In this document: in pieces, positions 39,644 through 52,022 of the stretch
Layout: the number at the start of each line of letters is the position of its first letter
How positions within the stretch are numbered: position 1 is the first letter of the stretch
NCBI GenBank assembly: GCA_048213135.1
Contig: PS015421.1
Coordinates: forward strand, 1-64,000
Source of the DNA: Reclinomonas americana ATCC 50394
Lineage: Eukaryota
Direction of reading: 5' to 3'
Length of the DNA stretch: 64,000 nucleotides
Position numbers and translations under genes: made by a program
Notes under the pieces: generated by a model
Told to the model about the DNA's origin: nothing
The model's input: the letters and a program-made list of their open reading frames with translations, nothing else
Databases searched by the model: none

Positions 39644-39874
39644 NNNNNNNNNNNNNNNNNNNNTGAGTGACAGCGTGTGAGAGAGGAGAGTGTGTGTGTG
39701 AGTGAGTGAGTGAGTGAGTGAGCAAGAGTGACTGCACAAACCAAACAGTGTCCACGAGGCCATGTACACCGCCAGTGCCGTGTGCTCCGTCGACTCGTAG
39801 AACTTTGCACGTGGCAGCGACCGTGTGCATGAGAGCGGTGGCCCAGAGAGCGACGCCACCTCGCCAGCGTTCAT
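38564..39874 (-). CDS. PIGP: GPI-GlcNAc transferase subunit P
   Basis: VYLVWTWVPDEVLHSWGITYYPHK|QWSITIP...; C-terminal AIPPAYDVPLAVVSQLTF. Confidence 0.85.
38845..39150. repeat. About 70-bp purine-rich tandem repeat in PIG-P intron
   Basis: atgaggagaaagc...gaggagaattgtgtgcgaagggcgaggagagaagaacaaggagcaaggca, about 4.5 copies (39003 to 39073 period). Confidence 0.9.
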
Positions 39875-39910
39875 TCTATGGAAGCAGGACAACACGAAGT
39901 CGTTTGAAAG

Positions 39911-40690
39911 ATGAACAACGCAAAGAGGTTCCTTGTGCGCAACCGCGAGAATGGCGACTTGAACCAGGTGAACTGCGATGTGCCTGTGCAGTGCGCACGC
40001 GCGTGTGCTCATCTCTCCCTGTGTGTAGTACTGGTACAGTGAGAGCACGATTGCTGCGCTGGCTGCGGAGGCTGAGGAGCACTGTGGTGGTGGTGGTGTG
40101 GCGGCGTTTGTGTCGACGCCGAGTGTGTTCTTTGCGTTGGCGGAGGACAGCGCGTTGCGGCAGCGATCGTGGTTGTTGGATGTTACGCGCGCGGGAAAAA
40201 AACACGTTGTTGTTGTTGTTGTTGGTGCTTAGTCGTTGACTTGTATGTGTGTAGATTGACGACAAGTGGGCGGCACTGCCTCAGTTTGTGCACTATGACT
40301 TTCGGGAACCGGTGGCCATGTCGGCGTCGCTGGCCGGCTCGTGCGATATGATTGTCATTGATCCGCCATTCATCACGCGCGATGTGTGGGAAAAGTACGC
40401 GGAGACGGCGAACTTTCTGGCCAAGCGCGATCCAGTGACAGGCAACAGTTGCGTGGCAAGTGTGGATGATGCAGTCGCTCTTGCTGACTCGCGATCTCCT
40501 GTGCTCAGTCACCGCCAAGATCCTGTTGTCGACAATCCAGGAGAATGTCGAGATGATGAGCGAGCTGCTGGCGGTGCGGCCGTTGGCGTTCAAGCCCTCG
40601 ATTCCCAACCTGGTGTACCAGTACGTGCTGTACGCCAACTACGACTCGAGTAGGTTTAGTGAGCGCAATCCAGAGGTACCCGAGGATTGA
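39911..40690 (+). CDS. EEF1AKMT1: eEF1A lysine methyltransferase 1 (N6AMT2/Efm5 family)
   Basis: ENGDLNQ|YWYSESTI, AFVSTPSVF, FVHYDF, IVIDPPF, FKPSIPNLVYQYVLYANY. Confidence 0.88.
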
Positions 40691-41640
40691 CGACGGGAGA
40701 GAGAGAGAGAGAGAGGCAGAGTTGAGAAGTACATTCTTGCTTGTGTGTGTTGATGAGAGGAAGGGAGGATAGAGGGTCGCGAGTGCGGGAAGAAGAGGCG
40801 CACACTTTATCCTGAGGTCTCCGAGGAGAGGAAGAGAGAGAGAGACGCAGAGTAGGGCGCTCTCTCTCCCTCTCTCTCACTGGCATGTGTTGATCCGACG
40901 GTGGGCGGAGAGAAGGTCACGAGTGCGGGAAGAAGAGGCACACGCTTTATCCAGAGGTCCCCGAGGATTGACACACGTACGGCACGAGAAGGGGAGAGAG
41001 AGGCAGAGTTAGTCGTACACTCTCTTGCATGTGGTTCCGAGGGGTGAGAGAACGTCACGATCGCGTGCGTGCACTGGCGAACGCCTCAGTGAGCACAATC
41101 CAGAGGCCCCGAGGGTTGACGGGGAAGAGAAAGAGGCAGAGTAAGTAGTACACNNNNNNNNNNNNNNNNNNNNNNNNNNNNNNNNNNNNNNNNNNNNNNN
41201 NNNNNNNNNNNNNNNNNNNNNNNNNNNNNNNNNNNNNNNNNNNNNNNNNNTCTCTTGCGTGATTCGTGGAAGGGAGGAGAGAAGGTCACGAGTGCGGGAA
41301 GAAGAGGCGCTTAATCCACAGGACCCCGAGAATTGACACGCGCACTGCACGAGAGGGGAGAGAGGCAGGGCAGTACTTTCTCTTGCGTGTGTTGAACCGA
41401 GGGGTGAGAGAAGTGATGCACGCCTCGGTGAGCACAATCCAGAGGTTTCTGAGGATTGAGAGAGCGAGAGGAGGCCGGGNNNNNNNNNNNNNNNNNNNNN
41501 NNNNNNNNNNNNNNNNNNNNNNNNNNNNNNNNNNNNNNNNNNNNNNNNNNNNNNNNNNNNNNNNNNNNNNNTAGTACACTTTTCCTTGTTTGTGAGGTCA
41601 CGATCGCGTTCGTGCACTGGGGAAGAGGAGGCGCACGCGT
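40660..41640. repeat. Degenerate tandem array (about 130-150-bp unit) between two convergent gene ends
   Basis: atccagaggNNcccgaggattga-like core at about 40668, 40809, 40949, 41098, 41314 and 41437. gtcacgagtgcgggaagaagagg at about 40777, 40917 and 41285. Confidence 0.85.
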
Positions 41641-42229
41641 GCGCGGATGCTGGCTCGGCGGGCGGCAGCCTCGCGCTGCCACTGTGCGTCGTCGTCGTCG
41701 GGCGTCCACAGTGGACCGAGCTGTGCGCCGAGCTCAGTAGTGACCGTCGGTGCCTGTAACACGGGGTGAGTGTCAATTAACAAGAGAAGTTAGTTGATGG
41801 TTTCACGCACCGGGCACGCCACGTGCATGATTGGAGCCGCCTGCGCAGTGAGCCGGTGAGCGAGTGAGGGCGGGCGGGAGAGCACTGCAGAAAAACGGTC
41901 TGTCATACCGCGTCTACAGGTTCGGCGGTAGCGGCTGACTCGAGAAACAGCCCGTCAAAGTCATGCTCCGCAGTTGTCCGTTTCGGCGAGGTCGGCAGCA
42001 GCAGAGACAGGCGCGGAGGTGGCGGTGACTCCCCAAACAACGAGTCGACTTCGATCGTGTCGGAGGGGGGTGAGTTGAAGTGGTGGTGGTGGTGGTGGTG
42101 GTGCGGTTGAAGTGTCGACATGCAGGACTTTGTGGTGGTGGTGGGAGGAGGAGGAGGAGGTGTAGGTGTAGGTGCTGGTGCGGGCGGTGGTGGTGGTGGG
42201 AGGAGGGAGCGTCGGCGTCGGGTGTGCAT
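41598..42229 (-). CDS. Hypothetical low-complexity protein (2 exons)
   Basis: MHTRRRRSLLPPPP...EPVDA|gtatga ... acag|APTVTTELG...RVRLLFPSARTRS*. Confidence 0.45.
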
Positions 42230-43586
42230 GGGAGCTGGGTGAGGGGGGACGACGAGTCGAAGGAATGGATTCGGTGTTTGCTTCAAGTGGGTGGAATGGT
42301 GGTGGTGGTCGAGGATTGTGGGGTGGCGTGGCGTATGTTGGGCATGTTTGAGTGGTGTGATGTGCGTGTAGTCATGGTGGTGAGTTTAACTGCACACGGA
42401 GCCGGAGGCGGCGGAGAGTTTCGCGAAACAACCAATAGACTAATTTTTCGAGCAGTGTTTAGGATTGGCATCGCGCGTGCGTTGCAAGGGCGGAGTACTA
42501 GTGGAGGGCCAGATGCATGAGTCGGGATTCGCATGTTTGTCTGTGTCAGGCACTGGGGAGAAAGATGCGGAGTATTGCGCCGTTGTAATTGCATGCAGCT
42601 TTCAATCATGTGCACGTGATGCTGCATATTTGCAGGTGACCCATGGACTCACCATCAATCGTCTGCAGCCTCACGCAACAGTACATGAGGGAGGCTGTGG
42701 GCGATGATTGCAAGGAAGCACTTGCATTCGAGGCAGCGCTGCGTTCAATTTGTCGTCGTGCACGTGGTCGTACGGCGCTGCAAGCCCAGAGCTCTCCCGC
42801 GACATTAGGATCGATTGATCCCCACGTGCACAACACTTTGAATCCAGCCGGGGAGGAGGTGGTTAACTTCGATACTCCAGTGGCCACTCATTCACGTATA
42901 CTCCGCCGGATTACTGGATTCCCGAGATTTCGCAATACAACCCAAGGGATTTCGTTACTGCGCCATAAGATGCACAGCGATTCGCCGCTGTCCGCTTTGA
43001 CTGATGAAAACTTCTCATGGCCAAGGTCGATGTCGACACATACACTTGGCTCTTTATTGATTCGGTTGCGTATATACCCCCGCGCAACTATGGCATGTTG
43101 TCGCCACTGGCGTGATTGATTCCACTGACCTACGGAGCGCATGCCTTTGGTCAGCCACGCGTTGCGACGCACGTAATTGGACAAGGCAGGAAAGGCAAGC
43201 ACTTCCTCGCGAAAAGGCACTCGCCTCCCACGCAAGTCCCCCTGACCCGCTTTCTTCGCAAACACCGCCGCCGTCTCCGCCTCTCGCAAGCGTCACCACA
43301 TATCCGCTATATTTCGCATATCCCATCTGCGAGAACTCGTGACAGCGACAAAAATCGTCTTTCCTTATCGGGCGCACACCTGCCAATTCCGTAAGATGCC
43401 GCAACCTCCAATTTTCACCCTTGTTTGTTTTTTTTTCGCTGGTGCTTGGTGAGCAGTGACCGTCGACCCCCAAACCACCCCCGCCCTCGATTTCCTCTCC
43501 TCGCCTCGACAGTGCCCACCACCCCTTGAGACAACCACGCCCTGCCTGCGCTCCGGTATCAAATTCACTCACACTGCCCGCAAATT

Positions 43587-44456
43587 ATGATCATGTCAGA
43601 ACGTGGCCTGTCGCCCTCCTCTCCCACCTCATCCACCTCCTCGTCATCCACCGCACCCGCCGGCGGCTACCCCTCACGGCGTGTCACACGGCGAGAGGTA
43701 TGTGTGTGCTCTCTCTCTCCCTCTCTCTCCACCACCCTCACTGCGCACGTGTGTGTGTGTTCAGACTGCACTCCTCGAGGACGTGTATCAACGCAATCCG
43801 TACCCAACGCGCGAGGAGAAGGAGGTGTTGGCCAACCAGCTGCAGACATCATGGTGCGTGCGTGGGCGTGATGCGTTTTGTGTGTGTGTGTGTGCACGCG
43901 ACTCGCTTTTCCCATCGTGCATCTTTCTTGATGCCCTAATTTCCCCTTTTTTAGTGATGGTGAGCCTCACGTGTACATACCTTCGTGTTTCTCTCTCGCG
44001 CTTTCCGCTCGTGCTTCGTCCGCTCGTTGTTTATCTGTATGTGCGCGTAGAGTTACATGTGCGGCGTGTGTCGCATTTCTTCTGTCTCTGTGGAGCACTG
44101 CGGCTTGTCCGTGTTCGGATGTTGTTGACTGTGTGTCTCAACCCATTCCTGTGTGGGGCACTCGCTTCGTACACGTTCACACGCTATCTCCCTACGTCTA
44201 TTGTCTTTGTGTCTCTTTAGACTGCGCATCGCGACGCTGATGAAAAAAGATGCGATCTCATTACGCTGGCTGTCCTTTCGCACGGGTTTCTTCCTTTTTT
44301 GTCATTATAATTGGTGGGCGGCATCTTTGCTGCTGTCGAGAAGGATCTGATGCAGACAACTGCTGCGTGGTTCCCTTTCTTCTGTTTCGTATCTCTTCCA
44401 TTCTCTGCCACTCATTTGCTTCCCTTCTCCCTGTAGAACTGAAACTTGCGTGTTTC

Positions 44457-44533
<77 letters not shown>

Positions 44534-45401
44534 ACTCTNNNNNNNNNNNNNNNNNNNNNNNNNNNNNNNNNNNNNNNNNNNNNNNNNNNNNNNNNNNNNN
44601 NNNNNNNNNNNNNNNNNNNNNNNNNNNNNNNNNNNNNNNNNNNNNNNNNNNNNNNNNNNNNNNNNNNNNNNNNNNNNNNNNNNNNNNNNNNNNNNNNNNN
44701 NNNNNNNNNNNNNNNNNNNNNNNNNNNNNNNNNNNNNNNNNNNNNNNNNNNNNNNNNNNNNNNNNNNNNNNNNNNNNNNNNNNNNNNNNNNNNNNNNNNN
44801 NNNNNNNNNNNNNNNNNNNNNNNNNNNNNNNNNNNNNNNNNNNNNNNNNNNNNNNNNNNNNNNNNNNNNNNNNNNNNNNNNNNNNNNNNNNNNNNNNNNN
44901 NNNNNNNNNNNNNNNNNNNNNNNNNNNNNNNNNNNNNNNNNNNNNNNNNNNNNNNNNNNNNNNNNNNNNNNNNNNNNNNNNNNNNNNNNNNNNNNNNNNN
45001 NNNNNNNNNNNNNNNNNNNNNNNNNNNNNNNNNNNNNNNNNNNNNNNNNNNNNNNNNNNNNNNNNNNNNNNNNNNNNNNNNNNNNNNNNNNNNNNNNNNN
45101 NNNNNNNNNNNNNNNNNNNNNNNNNNNNNNNNNNNNNNNNNNNNNNNNNNNNNNNNNNNNNNNNNNNNNNNNNNNNNNNNNNNNNNNNNNNNNNNNNNNN
45201 NNNNNNNNNNNNNNNNNNNNNNNNNNNNNNNNNNNNNNNNNNNNNNNNNNNNNNNNNNNNNNNNNNNNNNNNNNNNNNNNNNNNNNNNNNNNNNNNNNNN
45301 NNNNNNNNNNNNNNNNNNNNNNNNNNNNNNNNNNNNNNNNNNNNNNNNNNNNTCGTACGTACGAACGTACGTACGTCGTCGTCGTCGTTCGTTCTTCTTC
45401 G

Positions 45402-45438
<37 letters not shown>

Positions 45439-45468
45439 TTCCTCCGTACGTACGTACGTACGTACGTC

Positions 45469-45528
<60 letters not shown>

Positions 45529-46427
45529 CTCTCTCTCTCTCTCTTGCACACCTGCCACTGCATTTCTGTATTTCCTTCCTTTGTTCTCCTCTCCCCCTTC
45601 CACTCACTCACCTCCTCCCTCCTCTTAGTCTCTGCTTTCCTTCTGTCTCTTTCTCTATTCATCCATCCCTGCTGTCTCTTTTCCTCACTCACCTCCTCCT
45701 CCTCTTCCTTTCCCCCACCACAGGAACGTGATCAACATCTGGATGCAGAATCGCCGCGCCCGCGAACGCAAGATGCTCCGCGAACACGGCATGGATCCAC
45801 CTCCTCGCCTGCCTCCTGTTGGCGGTGAGACTGCGGCCACTGCTGTCGATGGCATGGTCGGTGTCGAGTATCCGTATCACCAACATCAGCAGCAGCAGCA
45901 CCACCACCACCACGCGCAGCAACATCAGCATCACGATGCGTACTACCAACTGCCGCCACCACCACCACCGCGCATGTTTGTGCCGCCGCCGTCGATGGAT
46001 GTCGACCACGTGTATGGTACCGTGCAACCGATGGCGGCCCCCGCACGAGCTTCGCCTTCGCCCTCCGCCACGTCCTCGTCGTCGAAGCGCGGTGGTCGTA
46101 GCTCCACGGCCGCCGCCAACAAGGCCATGGGACACGCCTGGTCGGCACACTCGCTGTTTGACGCCAGTGGCGGGCAGTGGATCGACGGCCGGTCGCCCAG
46201 CTCCGACGATGTCTCCACCACGTCGTCGACCACAAGCTCCACCACCACCAGCGCCTCGGGAAGGTGTGTGTATCTCCGTATCTGTATCTGCATCTCCACC
46301 TGTTTTTCTCACACCCAACTCCATGTGTTGCAGTTCGACTGCCTCACTGCTGCAACAGTTTTCGCGCCCTCCCGAGACCCCATCGCCGTTTGCCAGTGTC
46401 GCCGCTAGCTATGCGCGTGCGATGCCC

Positions 46428-46458
<31 letters not shown>

Positions 46459-47369
46459 TTTTGTGCGCACCTGTACTGCCCGCTGCCGTGGTGGTCGTGC
46501 ATCCGTCGGCTGCAGTTTACGCACCGCCACCGCCGGCCTCAGCGGCGGTGCCGGCCAGCGAAGTGTCACTGCCGCGCGAAATGTTTGAGCCGCTGCACTT
46601 TGCCACTGTGCAAACACAGCTGGCGTCGCACTCGGGCATGGTGATGGTGGTCGACTCGATGTGGAACATTCGCTTCTGCAATCCCATGACGCGCGATCTC
46701 ATGGGTCTCACGGAGGCCGTGGCCAGTGTTCCGTTGCGTACACAGCACAGACGGAGAGTGGGAGGAGACAGAGTGGGAGTAGAAAGCACTCTTGTTTGTC
46801 ATTTCCACTCTTGTTCCTGCTGACCTTCTTCTCAGACAGTGGGGAGAGACAGAGTGGGAGTAGAAAGCACTCTTGTTTGTTCTTTTCCACTTCTCCGTCA
46901 TTCACGTCCACTTCCCTGTTTCACTCCTCTCTCTCATTCGCTCACTCTGTTCCCTCACTCTTCGTGCTTGTTGCTTCTCTCATACACGCACTATCTCCTT
47001 AAGCTTCCCCTTGTGACTATCGCCTTCCTCTTGTGACTCTCGCCTTCCCCTTGTGACTCTCGCCTTTCTCTTGTTGTCCCTCCCGCTCACCTTCTTCTCC
47101 TCCTCCATTGCAGTCTGAGCACTGTGGACCTGCCGTGCACTCCGACGCTGTTCGAGGTGCTGGGCGCAATGATCAACGGCGGTCTCAACATGTGCGTGCG
47201 CACCTCGCCACCGTGGGTGGTGCAGAGATCGCCCAAGCTGGCGTATGGCGTCTCTGCTGCGGCCTCCGAGAGAATGGTGGTCATGTCGTGCGTGGGCCGA
47301 CAACTGGTCGACACGGATCAGTTTGGCGGTGCACTGTTTGCGGTGGTGACCACGGTACACCCGGTCTAA
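43587..47369 (+). CDS. Homeodomain transcription factor with C-terminal PAS-like domain
   Basis: RRVTRRE|TALLEDVYQRNPYPTREEKEVLANQLQTSW|NVINIWMQNRRARERK; C-terminal MVMVVDSMWNIRFCNPMTRDLMG. Confidence 0.85.
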
Positions 47370-47698
47370 CGCAAACCTGCTGCTGCCACTGCTTTTTGAG
47401 TTTTTTTGTTGATCTAGACATTTTGCGAGTTTTTTTCCTATTGTTAAGTGTTTTGCGAGAATTTCCCTTCCCTTCCCTTCTTGGTGCGGCTACGGTGGGC
47501 GTCCGTGAGCGGGACCCACATTTTTGCTCCTCTTATAGACCGTTTTTTTTGGTGTTGTCGTCAACTGCGTGTGTACGAGTATTTGTTCCTAATCATAGAC
47601 GACTTATTACTGCACTTGTGTTGTACGAAGAAAACAATTTTTGCATTGAAATGAATCCATCTTACATGACGCGCGCGGTCCATCATTCCCTGTGGCTA

Positions 47699-50600
47699 CT
47701 ACAGATCGTCGGCAAAGCTCACTGCCTGGTGTGCCAGCTTGCAAAAGTTGACAAACTCGTCTCGACTGCATCAATGAGTTTGTTGTTAGTGCCTGCCACA
47801 CAGTACGTACTACTGCTCTCTCTCTCTCCCTCCTCTTCTGTCTCTTACCCACGCGTGCATCCACTGACTGAGTACTGCTTCCTTGCTGTCTTGTCCTCCT
47901 CTCGCCCTCTCTGTGGTTGCATCAAAGTGTCTCGGGGTATTTGCTCCTTCCCCATTTACTCCCTCTTCTTCTGTCTCTTTTCCCTGCTGCCTCAGAGATC
48001 CGCCCCTTTGCTTGCACACACCTCTCTTCTCACTCTCCTCGCTGACTCTGCTGAGCAATCACACACAAACCACACATTATCGGGCTTCACGACAACAAGC
48101 TGCATGTGCTCACGAAACATAGAGAAGGAAGGAGAAGGGCTGTGAAGAGCTAATCTTCTTCTGCCAGTTGTAAGCTAACACTCTATTCCTCCCCCTGCTC
48201 CCTCTCCCCTTCTCCCTTCCCATCTACCTGAGTACACCATCCGCATTGCGATCGAACGCGCCGAGCAATTCGGCCATGTCCTCCGCCGTCGGCTCGGGTG
48301 TCAGCGCCACCTCGGGCGACAGTTGGATGAGCACTGTGTGTGTGCGACACACGAGTCGTCAGTGTTACTCAATGAGAAGCACACGCATCATCAACGAAGC
48401 ACTTGCCTTGTCGCAGCTCGAGCACCGCCACCAGCAGCTCATTCTGGTCAATGAATCCACTCTTGTCGCGATCGTATCTTGTGAACACCGAGGCGACCTC
48501 GTGCGCAAACTCGTCCGAATCAAAATACTACGCACATGCGGACAGACTTAGTGATGGCGACAGCAAGTGATAGAAGGGTCACCAGAAGGCACCTCGCGCA
48601 TCTCGGCCAGGGAGCGACTGGCAGGAACCTCCGCACTCTCGGCATCGACATCACCCACTGGTACCGCCAAGTCTACCTCGCGTTCTTCGTCGGCACCGTC
48701 GTGTGACTGCTGACGACGACGCAGTGGGTAAGTGCGATGCGCTGTACAGGAACCAGATTTTGTGCCGCGCAACGCACCTGCGCACGCTGTTCTGCGAGTG
48801 CGGCTGCTTGCTGCGCCCTGATGAGCACCAGCATTACTTGCTTCATATAGATGCCGAATTCTTGCTCGCTCAAAACGCCTGGCGAGGGAAAGAAATCATG
48901 AGTTCACGCACGACTCCGCATACACATCATCGCGCACACCATCATGATTGCGATCGAGTTGGTGAAGAGTGTCTCTCGATTGCTCCTCTGACGGTGGCCG
49001 CTGCTCCAGCATGGCCGGCTGCACCGAGGCCAGACGATTCCACACATCGCACACAACCTTGTGGATCTCCTTCTCGTCGATAAAGCCAGACGAATCACTG
49101 TCGTAAAAGGCAAACGTCGAGGCGACAATCTCGTTGAACTGCTCCGATTCCAAGAACTCGCCAATAACATCAACCTCGCCATCGCCGGCCTCCTCCTCCG
49201 CCTCCTCCTCCTCGTACTAAACATCAAGCGACAGTGAATAGGCGAATACTTGGCGACAGAAAGTGGCTTCGGCTACTCAACTCTTGCCGACGTCGGTGCC
49301 GAGAACTGCAGCGCGCAGTGTCGTCAGACGGCGAGACCAGACAATCAAAGACAACTAACTATTCCACACAAACCTCCACACCGCTGGCCACCAACTCCTC
49401 CACTGTCAGCATTGTCGACAGCACGTGCCGCAAGAACACGGCAAACTCGTCGCGGTCGAGGAACCTGAGTNNNNNNNNNNNNNNNNNNNNNNNNNNNNNN
49501 NNNNNNNNNNNNNNNNNNNNNNNNNNNNNNNNNNNNNNNNNNNNNNNNNNNNNNNNNNNNNNNNNNNNNNNNNNNNNNNNNNNNNNNNNNNNNNNNNNNN
49601 NNNNNNGCGTGTCAGCCACATGCCGGCAGTCCGTGCACATGATGCTCAACAACCAAAAAAAACACACCCGTCACGATTAAATCGATCAAACTGCGACATG
49701 GCCGCCTGCACCTTGTCAAAGGTCGGCGCCTCCTCCTCTGCCACCGTCGGTACCACTTGCGCTAGTCCTGCGACAGTCCAAGAACTATTCAGCAACAGTC
49801 CATCCAGATCAACAACGCACTTCCACTGCGCGGCTCAACTGTTCCAGAAATCGAGCACGGCATTCAGCAATTCGTGCACATCGATCGAGCCCGACTGGTC
49901 GTGGTCGTACGCGGCAAACGACTCGTCGAGAATCACCGCAAACTGCGGCGATGCGAAGAACTTGAGGAGGAACTCGGTGTGTTCACCGCCGGCATCCATG
50001 CCACGCAGGTCGCCGTCGACAGCCGGTGGCTATTTATCCAAGATTGGTGAGCAACATCATGCACACACACGCGCGCACCACCTCTTTCCCCACTCGCTCA
50101 CAGACTCACTGACACACACAGCACACACATCTGAGAACACACACAGCACACATACACACACAACACACATACACACACACAGCACGCATACATCGGCGAA
50201 CACACACACACCACCTCTTCTCCCACTCGCACACACACATCTGCACACACACATCTGCGAACACACACACACCACCTATTCCCCCACTCGCACATCTGCA
50301 AACACACGCACACCACCTCTTCCCCCAATCGCACACACACAACAGAGACACACAACAGAGACACTTCCAAGCAGCGATGCTTACCATCCACGGACGAGAA
50401 TCCACCTGCACATCAACGAGAGCAGTCAGCACAACAGAGAGAGTCGGGCTTCGAAAATAAAGACAGCAGCGAACGCACCCGCAAATACTTGAGCACCAGA
50501 TCGCCCACAAACAGAGCGAATTCGTTGCCGTTGAGATCGTCTTGCGACGTGATCAACGAGAGCACCGATCTCGCAAAGTCGGTGGTTGGCGGCGGAATCG

Positions 50601-51734
50601 AGGACAAGTCCGGAATGATACCGGTGAGATCTGATGTCGGGCAAGCGATGAATATCCTTCGCAGCGCGAAATCACCAACGACAAGGCACGAGCGGGTGCG
50701 TCACGCAACAGTCCCAGATTTGCGGCACGGAACGCAGCACATCGCGTGCATCCACCAGGCCCTCACCCGTGGCATCCCACTCCGAAAACAGTCCCTCAAT
50801 CACCGCCTGCTTGAAGTGATCCGACTGCAGCAGCTCCTCCATCGGATCGCCACCACCCGCTCCCGGCTCGCCCAGCTCATCGTCCCCTGTGTCCTCGTAC
50901 ACACCCGCACTGCCGTCTGTCTCATTGTCGAGACCAATCGAATCGCCGGCCTCGAACTCAACAGCCGCATGCTGCGGATGATTGTCGATGGGAGCTGCCG
51001 CAGAGGCGGCCGCTGCAGACACAGCAGAGGCGGAGGCAGGCGCAGGAACCTGTGCCTGTGGCTGCGACACCGCCGCCGTCGCCGACGGTGGCATGTGCGA
51101 CTGACTGCCCTTGGCCGGCGCGGGAATGTGATGCTTGAGCGTGCCAGGCGGCAGTCGGCGCACCGCTCCCGCCGGCGCCCCCACCGTCAGCGCCACATAC
51201 GGTCCGCCCTCCTTCTCGTTGGCCTTGTGCCGCGCACGCAGCTTGTCGGCAATCTCCTCCTTAACGTGTTGCCCATCTGTTGCCTCGTTGATGAGTGATA
51301 TCATAGAGATGAACGAGATGTCCTTTTCTCTCTCCCAGTGTGTGTGTGTACGTATCACTGTAAAGTTCCCTTGCGCTCTCATCCCTTCCAGGCCCCGTGT
51401 CTCTGTCTTGTTGCTGCGTGCCTCTCTCTCTCTCTCCCGCTCTCTCTGTGCCTTGTTATTCTTCTTTCTCTCTGCAACTCACCCTTCGCGGTCTCCTTGT
51501 ACTCTGGAAACGGCAGCGGATGACCACCACATTCGGCCAAGAAGCTGCACCGCACACGCATCAGCACCTCACACACACAGTCTTCCTTCTCTCTCCTCAG
51601 ACTCACTTTGCAGCGAAATGGTACAACGACGACGGTTTGGCGCGAGCCACTGCCTTGATCAGCTTCTTCACGGCCTCGGCAAACTGGTCAGGAACAGGCA
51701 CTTGTTCCACAGAATGCAGCTTTGAGAAATCCAT
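47699..51734 (-). CDS. RIIa dimerisation/docking domain + multiple EF-hands (radial spoke RSP7-like)
   Basis: N-terminal EQVPVPDQFAEAVKKLIKAVARAKPSSLYHFAANF (ropporin/RIIa-like). EF loops DHDQSGSIDVHE, DSDSSGFIDEKE, DRNHDG, DRNADGVLSRDE. Confidence 0.8.
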
Positions 51735-51754
51735 TGCTCGTCACAACGATTGAT

Positions 51755-51977
51755 ATGAAAACGACTGAGGTCTGTTCGTCGGCCGGATGGTGAATCACAC
51801 ATCGGAAACACGCACAATGGTGCGTCGAGGCTCTCTCTCTGTGCACTGCGTGTGCCTGTGCGCTTGTGTGTGTGCAACTGTGTTAACTGACATCGCATGT
51901 GCGGGCAGGCTCTGTCACTTGAGTTCTCGGCACAAAAGTCGCTGCTGCAGTCGCTGGAGGCGGTGCACAATCAGATC

Positions 51978-52022
<45 letters not shown>

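Noticed and set aside
45353-45470. (TACG)n self-complementary tracts (also 57161-57185)
   Set aside because: They occur only at contig edges and match the TACG pyrosequencing flow order, so they are probably low-quality read ends.
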